A stretch of DNA of 64,000 nt, taken from positions 14,384,001 to 14,448,000 of the forward strand of contig OZ059898.1 in the NCBI GenBank assembly GCA_964057225.1, given 5' to 3'. Below are positions 62,638 through 64,000 of this stretch, one piece after another. The DNA comes from Auanema rhodensis. Taxonomy: Eukaryota > Animalia > Nematoda. A program made the translations under genes and the position numbers. The notes below the pieces were generated by a model. That model was not told the DNA's origin and did not search any database. It was given only the letters and a program-made list of their open reading frames with translations. The first letter of the stretch is position 1; each line of letters begins with the position of its first letter.

Positions 62638-64000
62638 CTAAAAAGGAAAAAAATTGAAGATGGAATAGATGAAGATGAACTACTGCTGTTCACTATGTGC
62701 TTCATGTGTTCATCTGAATCGTTTAAATGCTCATAATTAGCTAAAGATGTATTTGATTGGTGGACTTCTTTTGAAAACTCCAAAATCAAAATGAAAAAAG
62801 GCCAAGAGCATGGAGCGTTGAAGGAAAAGCTGTTTTGATCTGGCTAGTTCTCTTTGAGCATGCATGTGTCTATTAAAGTGATTTCATCACTTCTCTGTAA
62901 TTATTGGCTTTGTGGGTCTCTTTAATTCTCTGAATATCGTTCCTAACACTCTTTTTCGTTCCTTCCCTTATTCTCTCCCTCTCTCTTTCTCCCTCTATTA
63001 GGTTATTAGCACTTAGAGAAAAGTGAGAGAGAAAGAGAGAGACTACGGAAGATAAAGTTAAAATAAGAGATACGATAAGGATGTGAGAAGAAGAAAGTTG
63101 AGAATTAAGAAAGGATTGGTGGGAGCTGAAGCTTTGAACCCATTAACGACTTTAGAGTTCAACTTTTGAAAATTTGTATGTTGGTGTATGTTTCATGTGG
63201 TAGTAAGCAAAATGCTATGAAAATACATAGTAGATATTCAATAAATAGTTGATAAATTCACATTTTCTTCGTTTTCGGTTCTTCAGTATGTCATCATACA
63301 AATTGTTTATGTATATTTTTCTATAACAAGTTCAATATTCACATGAAGAAGTTAACTTAGCCAGCCGATCTTTTTAAGCTGAAAAATGAACGAAAACTCT
63401 GACACTAAAATAGCTTTTGGAACTAATAAAAAGCTCAAAAACCAGAGACAAAACGACGGAACGCTAACTTAGCTTGCCATCTAACTAACGAAGAGAAACA
63501 AATGACCAATAGCTTACGAGCAAAACGTTGAACGACCCTCCTGTTAGTATGCACACTGATGAGACGATGAACAGGCCACGATGACGACAACCCAGCCGGC
63601 ACCTAATTCGTTTATTCTAATTGCAATCATTTGCCACGTCTTCAGCTGCTCTTTCATGTTCCTCTACCATCGTGCTTTCATCATCCGTTGTTGGCCTTTC
63701 CCTTCTTTGGATGCTGAGCTTCTTGAGAACTCTCATGCCCGTTGTCGCCTCTCCCACTACTTCTCGTCGCCAACACATTCTTCTTAGCTATTCTCTCTCT
63801 CTCTTCTTCTTTTTCTCTTTTTGCCTCACTTTCTAACTCCCTCTCTTTTTCTCTTTTTCTCTATTTCTCTCTCTCTTCATTTATCTGTATTTCTTTCTCT
63901 TTTTCTTTAGTTCACCCTTCCTATCCACCAACATCATCATCAAGTTGTCCAATCCAAACCCCCTTCTCTCTCTTCCAATTGCTTGTTGTAGTACCCAATG

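Noticed and set aside
1-64000. CRISPR arrays, tRNA, rRNA, prokaryotic defence systems
   Set aside because: The DNA is spliced eukaryotic sequence; no repeat-spacer arrays or recognisable structural RNA genes were seen by eye.

Overview
AT-rich eukaryotic DNA with the hallmarks of a rhabditid-type nematode genome: ~44-55 nt introns, TTTCAG/TTTTAG acceptors, acceptors directly in front of start codons (trans-splice-like), and many (GA)n/(TC)n microsatellites. The ORF track is largely uninformative because the genes are spliced, so I rebuilt the exons by hand. Left to right: (1) the N-terminal Sec14/spectrin half of a Dbs/MCF2L-type RhoGEF (cgef-1-like) on the minus strand, running off the left edge; (2) a plus-strand housekeeping run of XPG nuclease, QSOX sulfhydryl oxidase, a class I SAM methyltransferase and mitochondrial MetRS, the last three with operon-like spacing; (3) a 59-aa PMP3/UPF0057 proteolipid; (4) three secreted Cys-rich precursors with RxKR-Q sites (abu/pqn-like cuticle proteins). 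Embedded among these three is a clean 6-exon orphan gene (143 aa) lying tail-to-tail with a decayed Maverick/Polinton protease fragment. Other points of note: a candidate U2-type AT-AC intron and two GC-AG introns, an alternative last exon that would give a soluble QSOX, recurring clusters of an ACGTGAAA motif, and a candidate tail-anchored micropeptide. No rRNA, tRNA or CRISPR features were recognised. All homology calls come from motif recognition, not database searches.
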